From contig CM059432.1 of the NCBI GenBank assembly GCA_030390025.1, forward strand, positions 149,856,001 through 149,920,000: DNA of 64,000 bases. The letters run 5' to 3'. Source of the stretch: Squalus acanthias (Eukaryota). Position numbers and translations under genes: made by a program. The notes beneath the pieces are model-generated. The model did not search any database. It saw only the letters and a program-made list of their open reading frames with translations, and was not told where the DNA came from. Shown one piece after another: positions 48,981 to 61,689 of the stretch. Numbering within the stretch: the first letter of the stretch is position 1; the number at the start of each line of letters is the position of its first letter.

Positions 48981-50788
48981 CATAGATACATAGATACATA
49001 GAAGATAGGAGCAGGAGTAGGCCATCCGGCCCTTCGAGCCTGCTCCGCCATTTAATGAGATCATGCCTCCAATTCAGTATCCCGTCCCCGCCTTCTCTCC
49101 GTAACCCTTAACCCCTTTTGCCTGTAGAAATATATCTAATTCCCTCTTAAATATATTTAATGAGCTGGCGTACACTGCCCTCTGTGGCAATGAGTTCCAT
49201 AGGTTCACCACCCTCTGAGTGAAGAAATTCCCCCTCATTTCTGTCCTAAATGGTTTAGCCCTTATCCTTAAATTATGTCCTCTAGTTCTGTTCTCACCCG
49301 CCAAGGGAAACATTCCTTCTGCATCTAGTCTGTCTAGACCTGTCAGAATTTTATACACTTCTAAGTGGACGTAGTGTATTTAGACTTCCAAAAGGCATTT
49401 GACAAGGTGCCACACAAAAGATTATTGCTTAAGGTAAAAAATCACGGGATTGGGGGTAATATTCTGGCATGGATAGAGGATTGGCTATATAACAGAAAGC
49501 AAAGAGTTGGGATAAATGGTTCATTCTCAGACTGGCAATCAGTAACTAGTGGTGTTCCACAGGGGTCAGTGCTGGGTCCCCAACTCTTCACAATCTATAT
49601 TAACGATTTGGAGGAAGGGACCAAGTGTAACATATCAAAATTTGCAGATGATACAAAGATGGGAGGGAAAGTAGTGAGTGAGGAGGACATAAAAAACCTG
49701 CAAGGGGACATAGACAGGCTAAGTAAGTGGGCAGAGATTTGGCAGATGGAATACAACACTGGAAAGTGTGAGGTGATGCACTTTGGCAGGAAAAATCCTA
49801 GAGCAATTTATTATCTTAATGGCAAGAAACTGGAGAGTACTGAAGTGCAAAGGGATCTGGGGGTCCTGGTGCACGAAACTCAAAAGGTTAGTATGCAGGT
49901 GCAGCAAGTGATTAAGAAGGCAAATGGAATGTTGGCTTTCATTGCTAGGGGGATAGAATATAAAAATAGGGAGGTATTGCTTCAGTTGTACAAGGTATTG
50001 GTGAGACCGCACCTGGAATACTGCATACAGTTTTGGTGTCCTTACTTAAGGAAAGACATCCTTGCTCTCGAGGCAGTGCAAAAAAGGTTCACTCGGTTAA
50101 TCCCGGGGATGAGGGGGTGGTCATATGAGGAGAGGTTGGGTAGATTGGGACTCTACTCATTGGAGTTCAGAAGAATGAGAGGCGATCTTATTGAAACATA
50201 TAAGATTGTGAAGGGGTTGGATCGGGTGGATGCGGGGAGGATGTTCCCGATGACGGGTGAGACGAGAACTAGGGGACATAGTCTTAGAATAAGGGGCTGC
50301 TCTTTCAAAACTGAGATGAGGAGGAACTACTTCACTCAGAGGGTGGTAGGTCCATGGAATATGCTGCCACAAAAAGCTGTAGAAGCTACAACATTAGTTA
50401 AATTTAAAACAGAAATAGACAGTTTCCTAGAAGTAAAGGGCATTAAGGGTTACGGGGAGCGGGCAGGAATTTGGACATGAGTCTAGGTTCGGATCGGTCA
50501 TGGCCCTGTGGGTAGTGGAGCGGGCCCAGGGACTGTGTAGCCTGATTCTGCTCCTATTTCGTGTGTGCAATTCTGTTAGATGCAGGAGATGGTTCTGTGA
50601 TAGATAGTAGATTGGCGGTTAGGATCAGATCAGCCATGATCTTATTGAATGGCGGAGCAGGCTCGAGGGGCCGATTGGCCTACTCCTGCTCCTATTTCTT
50701 ATGTTCTTATGTTCTAATCTTCTAAACTCCAGTGTGTACATCCCTAAACTACATAGTCTCTCCTCATAGGTCAATCCCGCCATTCCTG
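48981..50788 (-). mobile_element. Short minus-strand CR1 3' end (48981-49364 and 50716-50788), itself split
   Basis: (catagata)n tail; ORF 49074-49358; continuation tcttctaaactccagtgtgtacatccc at 50718. Confidence 0.88.
49365..50715 (+). mobile_element. Young 5'-truncated CR1 with an uninterrupted 371-aa RT C-terminal ORF (49365-50480)
   Basis: Open frame from DVVYLDFQKAFDKVPH to GYGERAGIWT*; long 3' UTR and (ttatgttc)n tail. Confidence 0.95.
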
Positions 50789-52658
50789 GTTCAAAAAAGG
50801 GTGCAAGGATAAACCCAGCAACTACAGGCCGGTCAGCTTAACCTCAGTAGTGGGGAAGCTTTTAGAAACGATAATCCGGGACAAAATTAACAGTCACTTG
50901 GCCAAGTATGGATTAATTAAGGGAAGCCACCATGGATTTGTTAAAGGCAAATCGTGTTTAACTAACTTGATTGAGTTTTTTGATAAGGTAACAGAGAGGG
51001 TTGATGAGGGCAATGCGGTTGATGTGGTGTACATGGATTTCCAAAAGGCGTTTGATAAAGTGCCACATAATAGGCTCGCCAGCAAAGTTGAAGCCCATGA
51101 AAAAAAAGGGACAGTGGCAGCATGGATACGAAATTGGCTAAGTGACAGGAAACAGAGAGTAGTGGTGAACGGTTGTTTTTCGGACTGGAGGAAGGTATAC
51201 AGTGGTGTTCCCCAGGTTACTAGGACCACTGCTTTTCTTGATATATATCAATGACTTGGACTTGGGTGTACAGGGCACAATTTCAAAATTTGCTGATGAC
51301 ACCAAACTTGAAAGTATAGTGAACAGTGAGGAGGATAGTGATAGACTTCAAGAGGACATAGACAGGCTGGTGAAATGGGCGGACACGTGGCAGATGAAAT
51401 TTAACACAGAAAAGTGCAGTGATGCATTTTGGTAGGAAGAACGAGGAGAGGCAATATAAACTAAAGGGTACAATTCTAAAGGGGGTGCATGAACAGAGAG
51501 ACCTGGGGGTATATGTGCACAAATCGTTGAAGGTGGCAGGGCAGGTTGAGAAAGCGGTTAAAAAAGCATACGGGATCCTGGGCTTCATAAGTAAAGGCAT
51601 AGAATACAAAAGCAAGGAAGTTATGATGAACCTGTATAAAACACTGGTCTGGCTTCAACTGGAGTATTGTGTCCAATTCTGAGCACCGCACTTTAGGAAG
51701 GATGTGAAGGTCTTGGAGCGAGTGCAGAAAAGATTTACAAGAATGGTTCCAGGGATGAGGGGCTTCAGTGACGTGGATAGACTGGAGAAGTTGGGATTGT
51801 TCTCCTTAGAGCAGAGAAGGTTGTGAGGCGATTTGATAGAGGTGTTCAAAATCATGAGGGATTGAGACAGAGTTGATTGAGAGAAACTGTTCCCATTGGC
51901 GGAAGCGTTGAGAACCAGAGGACACAGATTTAAGGTGATTGTCGGAAGAACCAAAGGCGACATGAGGAAAAACTGTTTTTACACAGCGAGTGGTTAGGAT
52001 CTGGAATGCACTGCCTGAAAGCGGGGTGGAGGCAGATTCAATTGTGGCTTTGAAAATGGAATTGGATAAGTACCTGAAGGAAAACAATTTGCAGGGCTAC
52101 GGGGAAAGGGCGGGGGAGTGGGACTAGCTGAAGTGCTCCTGCAGAGAGCCCGCACGGGCTTGATGGGCCGAATGGCCTCCTCCTGTGCTGTAACCATTCT
52201 ATGATTCCATGATTCTATTGTGTTACCTAAGTCATTAATAAATGTAGTGAATAGTTGAGGCCCCAGCACAGATCCTTGTGGGACACTACTGGTCACTTCC
52301 TTCCAATACAAGTAAATACCCATTAACCCTACCTCCTGTCCTCTGCCGCCGAACCAATCTCCTAACCAGGTTAATAATTTGCCTTCAATTCTATGAGCTT
52401 TAATTTTAGCTATAAGTCTCTTATGTGGAACCTTATTGAATGCCTTCTGGATGTCCATATAAGCTACATTCATGGACATTCTCCTGTCTACTACTTAAAA
52501 AAATTCAATTAGGTTCATTAGAAATCCATTTACAAATCCATTTTGCTCCCTCTAATCAGCTCAAATTTCTCTAAGTGCTGAGTCACTGTGTCCTTAATTA
52601 TAGATTCTAAGAACTTCCCCACAACAGATGTTAGACTAACAGGTCTATAATTTCCTGG

Positions 52659-52969
52659 AATAACAACAGAAAACGCTGGAAAAGCTCAGCAGGCCAGGCA
52701 GCATCCGTGGAGAGAGAAAGAGAGTTAACGTTTCAGGTCGATGACCTTTCATCAGAACTGGGAAGAGCCGGAAATCAAATAGATTTAAGGCCAGGGTAAA
52801 GCTGGGAAAAGGGGGAGGGGATAAAGGAACAAAGGTGGAGATGAAGAGACATTAAGAGACATTAAGAGATATGCAAGGCTAGAGGTGGTGTTAATGTGAC
52901 AGATTAAGGCTGAATGAAGTGTGAAATCCACTGGCAGAATGAAGGACAGCTGCCAGCTTCTAGGAGGAA
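52659..52969 (-). mobile_element. PLE family B terminal insertion
   Basis: 10-bp TSD AATTTCCTGG at 52649-52658 and 52970-52979; contains a hammerhead. Confidence 0.82.
52723..52759 (-). ncRNA. Minimal hammerhead ribozyme (PLE family B)
   Basis: aguu CUGAUGA a agguc-auc-gaccu GAAA cGUU aacu; 4-bp stem I, 5-bp stem II, palindromic AACGUU stem III. Confidence 0.8.
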
Positions 52970-54514
52970 AATTTCCTGGGTTCTCTCTTGCACCTTTCTT
53001 AAATAATGGAATTCCCATTTCACAGCACCTGTGAAAGGAGGCAACCTCACTGCTACCCCAGAGAGATGCCCAGATCAGGATGTGCCCACACTACAAAGCT
53101 ACCAACAGTCAGACATGTACCCAACATAAGACCATCACAAATGGGGTGTGTATTCTGCACTAACCACCAGACAGATGCTCACTATTTAATCACGAGGGAG
53201 TGCAGACACATTTTTACCACTGGGGTACCGGGGACACCAATAAATACTCGTCAGTATCAGCCACTGGATTGCCGCAGGTCTTAGAGTTTACTCATAAGTA
53301 GATTGACAAGGAACACAGACATGCAACTTATAGTCTGGCAGAGACCAGAAATCTTGTACATTAGGATCGCAAGAGTTTCTATTTTTCTACATTGACATAG
53401 AATATGGCTGTTTACTTATCAACAGACTGCCAGGGATCATACACATCCCATTGGAGCATTAGTTTGGGCCTTTGTCCCATTCACCACACAAAAGGCAGAG
53501 ACGAAATATATTCCAAAAATAAATTTTAATAAAATTTAATAAAACAAAACACCCACAGAGGAAGGAAGGAAGGAAGTTAGAACTCTATAGGATAGAAGCA
53601 GAGCAACTGAAGACAAAGGGAAAATAGCAGAATTACTTAATGATTAGTATCTACAAATCTTCACTAGGGAGGAAATTACTGATTCGCTATTCAAGTGTTG
53701 TAGTACACTGAATACCCTGGAGGATTTTGAAACTGGTGAGCAGAAGGTACTTAATAGGAAGGGGCATTGGCCACTGACAAAACCACCCAAGCCCTGATGG
53801 CAGACATCTGAAAGAGACTCGGGAGGACATTTTTGGACCAATGAAAGAATCATTGGACATCACAGAGGATTCGCAGGACTAGAAGAATAAAGGGAGATTT
53901 TCCCCTTTGGTGCTCCTGGCACATCTAGGCAGCACAGATCAGGAAATTACACACCCACAGCTCTGCTCATTATCCATCCATTTAAAATTAATGGGAGTAA
54001 AACTGTGGGCTGTAAGCGTGCAGTTTCCTGCTGTACATTCCCATTGTGTGCCAGGAACACCAAATTGGGAAATCTCTCATCTAGTGCCTAACTTTAAAAA
54101 GGACAATAAATCTGATCAAGCCAACTACAGGCCCTTTAGACCAATGCCAAAAGTGCATAAAATAATGGAACTCCTACAAAGGAGTAGGCAGAAGTATCTG
54201 TACAGGACTAGCTTAAAAAGATGAAATCCACATGTATTTAATCTGCGTTCAGTTTTGGGCATTGCACCTCTGAGTATTTCTAAGCAGTTTCTGAGTATTG
54301 GTAATTAGCCTTAACTGGCCCAATTCCAGTCATTTCAGGTCAGAATTCAGTTTAGTGTTTATCCTTACAGAATGCCTTAGAGGTGACGAGAGCTCTTTTC
54401 CATGCTTTGGGGGTGTTTTAATGCAGCAATACAGGTGACATTTTAAAATGGCCTTCATATGGTAGTGCACAGTCTACCATACAGTACTGACACTGCAAAC
54501 AACAATGATGAATT

Positions 54515-54755
54515 CAGAAATAAAAACAGAAAAGGCTGGAAATACTCAGCAGGTCAGGCAGCATCTGGTGACCTTTCATCAGAACTGGAGAAAGTTAGAG
54601 ATGTAACAGGTTTCAAGCAAGTACAGAGGCAGAGAAAGGGGGGAGGGGAGGAAAGAACAACAGTGAAGATCTGCGATAGGGTGGAAGGCAGGAGAGATTA
54701 AATGACACAGAGGATGGTGGTGTAAGGCAAAAGGGGACAAGTAAAGAGATAAAAG
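54515..54755 (-). mobile_element. PLE family B fragment with the hammerhead half deleted
   Basis: Matches 52659-52760 but jumps gcatctgg|tgacctttcatcag, losing the GAAA/stem III part. Confidence 0.7.
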
Positions 54756-55554
54756 ATCCACGCTCCCTATTGGGAGAGCAAGACCGGTGAACTTGCCCCT
54801 TGGTGAACACTTTTTCCAACCCTGCGCCAATTAAGCTGCCTGTCAGGAAATGTACTCTGTTGTGCTGAAGCGATTGATTATTACGGCTACAAACTGTGCT
54901 TTCTTCCGACCTCAGAATGTTAATTATTTATATGAACAGGAAGCAAAATAATTGGTTAGTCACTGTTCCCAGCTAAACATGGAATCACATCAGGTTTCTA
55001 ATTGAAATGGTAAACAAGTGCAGTCTGGCCTGCAGCGAGAGCAACCCTTCCTCCCCTCTGCGTAGTAATATTAAAGGACATATTCACAGATTTCCTACCA
55101 CACAGCCTTTCAGGATAATTGATTTATGGTGACAATGGAGAAAACATCATTCTTGTACCATGTTAAATGTCAGCTCACAAAGTTCATTCCCTTTTAATTT
55201 TCTGTGTACTGTGCAGAGAACAAAAAAAAGGAACAAGATCATTCTACGTTCACATACACTAGTTGCAGATTGGCCAGTCTGCCCATGTTGAGGACTGTTC
55301 CCCATTTGTTAAACAGAAAGTCATTTTGTGACTTACAGAGAAAAATGCTCACTGAACATTTTTACTGAACTTTCCAGTACTGAGACTGAAGCCGCAGCCA
55401 GTTTTGTTGACTGCCTTTGAAAGGTCTTGTGGAAATCTATGGACACAGCGCTATAGGACTTCACACACTCCATCTGGAATCTCATGTCTTTTCCTTTCCC
55501 CTTTCTTATTCTCCCTTTCCTTACCACCGTTTCCTTTTCACCCTTTCCTTATCA

Positions 55555-56742
55555 TCCACTCTAGAGACTTGAGCACACAATGCTAGGCTGACACTCCAGT
55601 GCAGTTATTGAAGGAGTGCTGCAGTGTCGGAGGTGCCGGCTTCCAGGTGAGACGTAAAACTGAGGTCCTGTCTGCCCTCTCAGGTTGACGGAAAAGATTC
55701 CATGGCACTATTCGAAGAAGAGCAAGGGAGTTCTTGGCCAACATTTATCCCTCAAACAAGACCAAAAAAAAAATGGGAGGAATTTTAACCCCACCCCCCT
55801 ACGAAGGGCGGGAGAATGTTGAGGGACGGAGGGTTAAATCAGCAAACATGCAACACCCGACCCCAACCTGCTGTCAATGTGCCTACTTCCATTTCAACCG
55901 TGGCGGGTTTGGGGGCGTCTGAGTAATCGCTTTGGAGAGGCGGGTCTGTGATTATAATATGTTAATGAGTCTCCGTTCCTTAAAGTTTGAGAGCCAGTTG
56001 AATTTAGCGCTGTGTCTTGGGAAACCTGGCAGCTAAAGGGAGGCGGGAGCAGCCGGATCCAGAAGGCGAGTGCTTTTTATAACACTGCCTGTGGACCAGG
56101 ACGAGCTGGAATGCTTCCTCTGTGTCCTCAAGAAAATCTTCTGCCGCAATCGGCTGACCCCCCATCCTTCCTGATTACTGGTCCAACTACCCCCTCACCA
56201 AACAACCATGTTTCTTGTTTGCCGGGGACCGTCCCCAGTGGTCCCTGGCTGTGGCCTTCTACCGCTGGATCTCTTGCCCGTCAGCTGGCCAGCATTTCAA
56301 TGTGGCTGGGAGGGAATTGGAGCAAAAAAATGATAATGAGATCCTGCCGTTAAATCCGGCAGGTCTTCAGCGTTCCTGGCATTTCCAGGTTTGCCCCTGT
56401 AAACACGCACCCCCGCTCCCTCCCCGTAAATACCGGGGCCCTGTAAACACGCACCCCCCTCCCTCCCCGTAAATACCGGGGCCCTGTAAACACGCACCCC
56501 CCTCCCTCCCCGGAAATACCGGGGCCCTGTAAACACGCACCCCCGCTCCCTCCCCAGAAATACCGGGGCCATTATCTGGTCATTAATTTCATTGAGGTTT
56601 GTGGGAGCTTGCTGTGCGCATATTTGCTGCCACATTTCCTACATTACAACAGTGACTACATTTCAAAAAGTACTTCATTGGCTGCAAAGCGTCTGGGACA
56701 TCCGGTGGTCGTGAAAGGCGCTATATAAATGCAAGTCTACCT
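55555..56742 (+). mobile_element. DeuSINE split by a Harbinger-like MITE (~55774-56570)
   Basis: The SINE reads ...accaaaaaaaaaa then attatctggtcatt across the insert; the insert has GC-rich MITE-like ends. Confidence 0.8.
56396..56570 (+). repeat. 44-bp tandem repeat x4 at the MITE terminus
   Basis: Unit cctgtaaacacgcacccccgctccctccccgtaaataccggggc. Confidence 0.93.
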
Positions 56743-57345
56743 TTGATTTTAATCTTTCCTTATAACACTTTCTTTCCCATCCTATTCTTATCACCTTTTC
56801 CTTACCATCCTTTCCTTATCCCTTTTCTTATCCCTTTACCTTATCACCATTTCCTTACCACCGTTTCCTTTTCCCCCATTCTTTATCATCCTTCCTTGTC
56901 ACGCTGTCCATATCTCCATTTCATTATCTCCTTTTCCTTATTGCCGTTTACTTGTTACCCTTTTCTTTTCATCCTTTCCTTATAATTCCCTTATTTCAAT
57001 TTCCTAATTTTCCTTTCCCAATCCCTTTCCATTATCTCCATTTCTTTACAGCCTTTCCTTTACACACTTTTCTTATCTCCTTTCTTTATCTCCCTTTATT
57101 CATCTCCCTTTCCCTTATCTCCCTTTCCTCATCTTGCTTTCCCATTCGCTTTTCCTTATCACCCTTTCCTTATTACCATTTTCTAATCCCTTTCTTCATC
57201 TTCTTTCGTTATCGCCCTTTATTTTTCACCCCTTTCCTATTGCCCTATCCTTGCCACCCTTTTCCTATCGCCGTTTCCTTATTGTCCTTTCCTATTTCCT
57301 TCCCTTATCACGCTCCCCTTATCTCTCTTTCCTTGTCTTCTCTGC
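56743..57345. repeat. Pyrimidine-rich low-complexity tract
   Basis: Degenerate (tttccttatcccc)-like units. Confidence 0.9.
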
Positions 57346-57879
57346 ACTGAATCACAGTGAGTTATATCACCTTTGAAAAATGCATTTTGTTGCTTCTGGC
57401 TCAGTTAAGTGAATCAGGAAAGGCAATCCTTATATTGTCATTCAGCTTAATCAGTGATGAATTCAATGAATTTGCAATGCTGCAATAGTAAACTGTTAAG
57501 CCTCCTTTTTTGGGTATCTCCATTCAAGTATGTCAGTCACCATGGAGACAGAAGTGCGCTCTGATCAGTATAGACCCGGATTTACAGTTCTTCACCAAAC
57601 CTACGAAGATATGTACAAGAATAGCTTTGAGCTGGAGAAGCAGAGTGTATCCCCTCTCTCACCTGGGCAGAGGAGTCTCTGGTCATCAACCATGCCAAAC
57701 TTTTCCAGGTGGCTCTCAGGATCTTTGCTAATCTGGAGAGTTCATCACCACATCTTCAAAGTTAGCCAGCAGGGCTCCAAGTCAAGAAGGCAAAACACAG
57801 TTGAGGTCGCCAGCCAGTAATCAGCTATATTACCAAAGAAACTAGAGACATTATGAGTATGAGATATCTACTTTAGTTC

Positions 57880-58867
57880 CATTTCCCTGGCAACTGTCTG
57901 AGGCTGAACCAGACTATTTGCAACTGTGGTGCTTTATTTGACCCGAGATAAACTTCCGACGACATATCCGTGCCACCGCATCACTAAGACCGCCTATTTC
58001 CACCCCCGTAACATCGCCCGTCTCCGCCCCTGCCTCAGCTCATCCGCTGCTGAAACCCTCATCCATGCCTTTGTTAGAGACTTGACTATTCCAACAAACT
58101 CCAGGCTGGCCTCCCACATTCTACCCTACGTAAACTTGAGGTCATCCAAAACTCGGCTACCCGTGTCCTAACTCGCATCAAGTCCCGTTCACCATCACCC
58201 CTGTGCTCTCTGACCTACATTGGCTCCCGGTTAAGCAATGCCTTGATTTCAAAATTCTCATCCTTGTTTTCAAATCCCTCCACGGCCTCATCCCTCCCTA
58301 TCTCTGTAATCTCCTCCAGCCCCACAACCCCCGCCACCGCCCCCCCCCCACCCCGCCGAGATATCTGTGCTCCTCTAATTCTGCCCTCTTGAGGATCCCT
58401 GATTATAATCGCTCAACCATCGGTGGCCGTGCCTTCAGTTGCCTCGGCCCTAAGCTCTGGAATTCCCTCCCTAAACCTCTCCACCTCTCTACCTCTCTTT
58501 CCTCCTTTATGACGCTCCTTAAAACCTATCTCTTTGACCAAGCTTTTGGTCACCTGCCCTAATTTCTTTGTGGCTCGGTGTCTATTTTTTGTCTTATTAC
58601 ACTCCTGTGAAGCACCTTGAGACGTTTTACTATGATAAAGGCGCTATATAAATACAAGTTGTTGTTGCCTGGGCCCTAAGCTCTGGAATTCCCTCCCTAA
58701 ACCTCTCGGCCTCTCTTTCCTCCTTTAAGCCGCTCCTTAAAACCTACCTCATCTGTCCTAATATCTTCTTATGTGGCTCATGTCAAAATTTGTTTGATAA
58801 TGGCTCCTGTGCAGCGCCTTGGAACATTTTACTACGTTAAAGACGCTTTATAAATACAAGTTGTTGT
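57880..58867 (+). mobile_element. L2 LINE 3' fragment followed by a second, shorter L2 3' end (58667-58867)
   Basis: ITKTAYFHPRNIARLRPCLSSSAAETLIHAFV, LHWLPVKQ..., tail ataaatacaagttgttgtt occurring twice. Confidence 0.92.
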
Positions 58868-60892
58868 TTATACATACTGAGATCATTGGAGAACTAAACA
58901 GGGAACTCTTCATTAAAATACAATAATGAAGCTGATTTTCCTTTGCTTTGCACCCTCGGTACACCCGGTTTCTGAATGTAAAGAGCCATAATGGCGGGTC
59001 TCTGACCCTTTGTGATTCCTTCGCAGTGCTGAAGGTGACCCGGAAGGGGGTCGTGGCAGAGTGCTTCCAACTGGCATGGACAGAACATTCAAAGGCCAGT
59101 TGATGAGGCAGGAATGACGCCCAGACACCTCCACCTCATTCTCTTGGGTCTCCTCCACCTGGTGTAACCCCTTTCCAAAGATTGCACCTTCTCGGGAGAC
59201 TTGGACCAGAAAACATGACCCTTTCCGTTGGTGCCGCCCAACTTGCGCTCAGTTTGGGAGGGCGAGAGGATCGACCCTAATATCCCTCATTATCAATGAT
59301 TTATGTTTTGCATATATAAATTTTAAATTTAAGAACGTTCAAGACCTCTCATGCCCCATATTTATTAGAAGCAATTCCTAGCCTAGATTATCCGAGAGGT
59401 ACGATCTTCTGCCTAACCAATTAAACCAGTGCTAATCCCAGCGTCGTGATTTGCAAAGTTTAGGTGCGATCTAGGGCATTGGAAAGGACGCTGATTGAAG
59501 CCGGGAGTGGGGAGAAAGGCGGTGAAACCAGGAGTGGGGGTGAAGCCGGGAATGGAGTGTGAGCCGGTGATCAGGGGCGAAGGGGGAAAAGCTGGTAATT
59601 GGCAGGAAAGTACCAGGAATTGGGGGATGGGTGTGTGAACGGGTAATCGGGAGGTAGAGCCTGAAATCGGGGGATGGGGAAGAGTTGCGAATCGAGGGGA
59701 GCGGTAGAAGAGCTGGGAATAAGAGGGGAGGGCCAGGAATCGGAAAATGGGAGAGTAGCCTGTAATCAGTGGGGGAGGAGCTGGGAACCGGGGAGGAGGT
59801 GGTAGTCGGGAATCAGTGGTGTGGAAGTTTTACATGCCGAGTAGAACTAATTTAAACATAGAATCGTGTCAAAGAAGGCTTTTTAATAAAGTTTACTTGT
59901 TACAAGGGAAGGTTCTGACACAGTCAAGTTGCTATGTCAGAATGCTTCGAATCTTACAAGATTTGAACATACTTTATACAAAAAAAGAACACAGAACAGG
60001 CCATTTGACATAGCATTAAACATCCTGATTAATGAGGCAGAAACTTGTGAGTTATTGCATAGGTTTTCGTTATAATAACGAGCAGAAATTCCTTAAAGAT
60101 CAGATAACCAGACCTTCCTTGTGGGATTCCCTTGTTCAATGTTCATTCTCTAATCTGTGGGTTGATGGCTTACCTTATCTCATCCTGAGCTGGTTAGAAC
60201 TAATTGATGCCTTATTTTGCTAAGCTTTTCTTAGATAAGGAATTCCGAGTTGTCTCTATCCTTGTAGCGAATTAGAATGATTTACTTATTATGGTGACTC
60301 CTACTGTCGGCCATTTTGAATTCCCTTTTTAAATTCTTTTCTCAGAGAAGCCATTTTGTTTGTGTCTTAAAAGTAAACTGCACTTCCACAGTGGGGGACC
60401 TGTGAATTGGGATAGGGGAGCAGAGAATCGGGGAATGAGGCAGAACCTGGGAATCAGGGGTTAACCGGGAATCAGGAGGTGGGAGCAGGGATTGGGGGTT
60501 GAAGGAGGGGGGACCTGGGAATCGGGGGTGGGTGGGGGGGGAGGAGCCAGGAATCACTGGAGTGGGGAGGGCTGAATCAGGAGGATTCTGGGAATCGGGT
60601 GAAGTGGATTGGGTTGTGGAGGTTGGGGGCAGAGATGGAGTCCGGGGGATGGGGGAAGAGAGGGAGACTGAGGGATGGGGGAGAGAGGGGGGATGGGGGA
60701 TGGGGGAGAGGGAGACTGGGGGAGAGAGGGAGACTGAGGAATGGGGGATAGGGGAGAGAGGAATGAGGGATGAGCGAGAGAGGGATACTGGGTATTGTGG
60801 GTCAGGGGTCGGTAGAGAAGGGGACTGGAGGATAGGGAGATGGGAATGGGGGTCGGAGAGAGAGAAGGAGACTGTGGAGTGGGGATAAGGAG

Positions 60893-61483
60893 AGAGAGGG
60901 AGACTGGGCATCAAGGGGATTGGGGCTCTAGCGGGGGGGAGAGAGAGGGAGACTGGGTATCAAGGGGATTGGGGCTCTAGTGGGGGGAGAGAGAGGGAGA
61001 CTGGGCATCAAGGGGATTGGGGCTCTAGTGGGGGGAGAGAGAGGGAGACTGGGCATCAAGGGGATTGGGGCTCTAGTGGGGGGAGAGAGAGGGAGACTGG
61101 GCATCAAGGGGATTGGGGCTCTAGTGGGGGGAGAGAGAGGGAGACTGGGTATCAAGGGGATTGGGGCTCTAGTGTGGGGAGAGAGGGGGAGACTGGGTAT
61201 CAAGGGGATTGGGGCTCTAGTGTGGGGAGAGAGGGGGAGACTGGGTATCAAGGGGATTGGGGCTCTAGTGTGGGGAGAGAGAGGGAGACTGGGTATCAAG
61301 GGGATTGGGGCTCTAGTGTGGGGAGAGAGGGGGAGACTGGGTATCAAGGGGATTGGGGCTCTAGTGGGGGGAGAGAGGGAGACTGGGTATCAAGGGGATT
61401 GGGGCTCTAGCGGGGGGGAGAGAGAGGGAGACTGGGTATCAAGGGGATTGGGGCTCTAGTGGGGGATGAGAGAGGGAGACTGG
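60893..61483. repeat. 48-bp G-rich minisatellite, ~12 units, preceded by G-rich low-complexity sequence (60400-60890)
   Basis: Unit gagagagagggagactgggyatcaaggggattggggctctagtggggg; 16-aa periodicity in the ORF track. Confidence 0.95.
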
Positions 61484-61689
61484 GGTGGGTGTGGAGACCA
61501 GCAGAGCCGGGAGCAGCAGCAGCAATGTGGTGAGTGGGAGCGGTACTGAGAGTGGAGCTGCCAGTAGAGGGGTGAGTGAAAGCTGGGACTTTACTGTGGG
61601 TAAACCGGTGAAAGGCTGTTTCCACTGGTGGGCCAATGGGCAACAAGGAAACAGAGACCAAAGATTCTCACTGGAAGAACCAAGGGGGA

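Larger units (their letters stand above)
47860..52215 (+). mobile_element. CR1 ORF2 (endonuclease to 3' end), split at 48981-50788 by nested CR1s
   Basis: MGDFNYPNIDW, EDWRIAN then FKKGCKDKPSNYRPVSLTS, RT motifs, (attctatg)n tail. Confidence 0.92.
52216..53015 (-). mobile_element. Older CR1 RT fragment split by a PLE
   Basis: PLFKKGARENPGN then [32 protein letters not shown]. Confidence 0.85.

Noticed and set aside
49365..50480. Functional or domesticated RT gene
   Set aside because: It begins mid-RT with no ATG or promoter; the open frame is explained by recent insertion.
55333..55475. Minus-strand exon with a GTAAGT donor
   Set aside because: The acceptor context is purine-rich, and VSIDFHKTF resembles a decayed CR1 RT motif.
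56743..57376. Hydrophobic membrane-protein-like ORFs
   Set aside because: Translation of a T/C low-complexity tract.
60928..61459. Gly-rich or Pro-rich repeat ORFs
   Set aside because: Artefact of a 48-bp stop-free minisatellite open on both strands.
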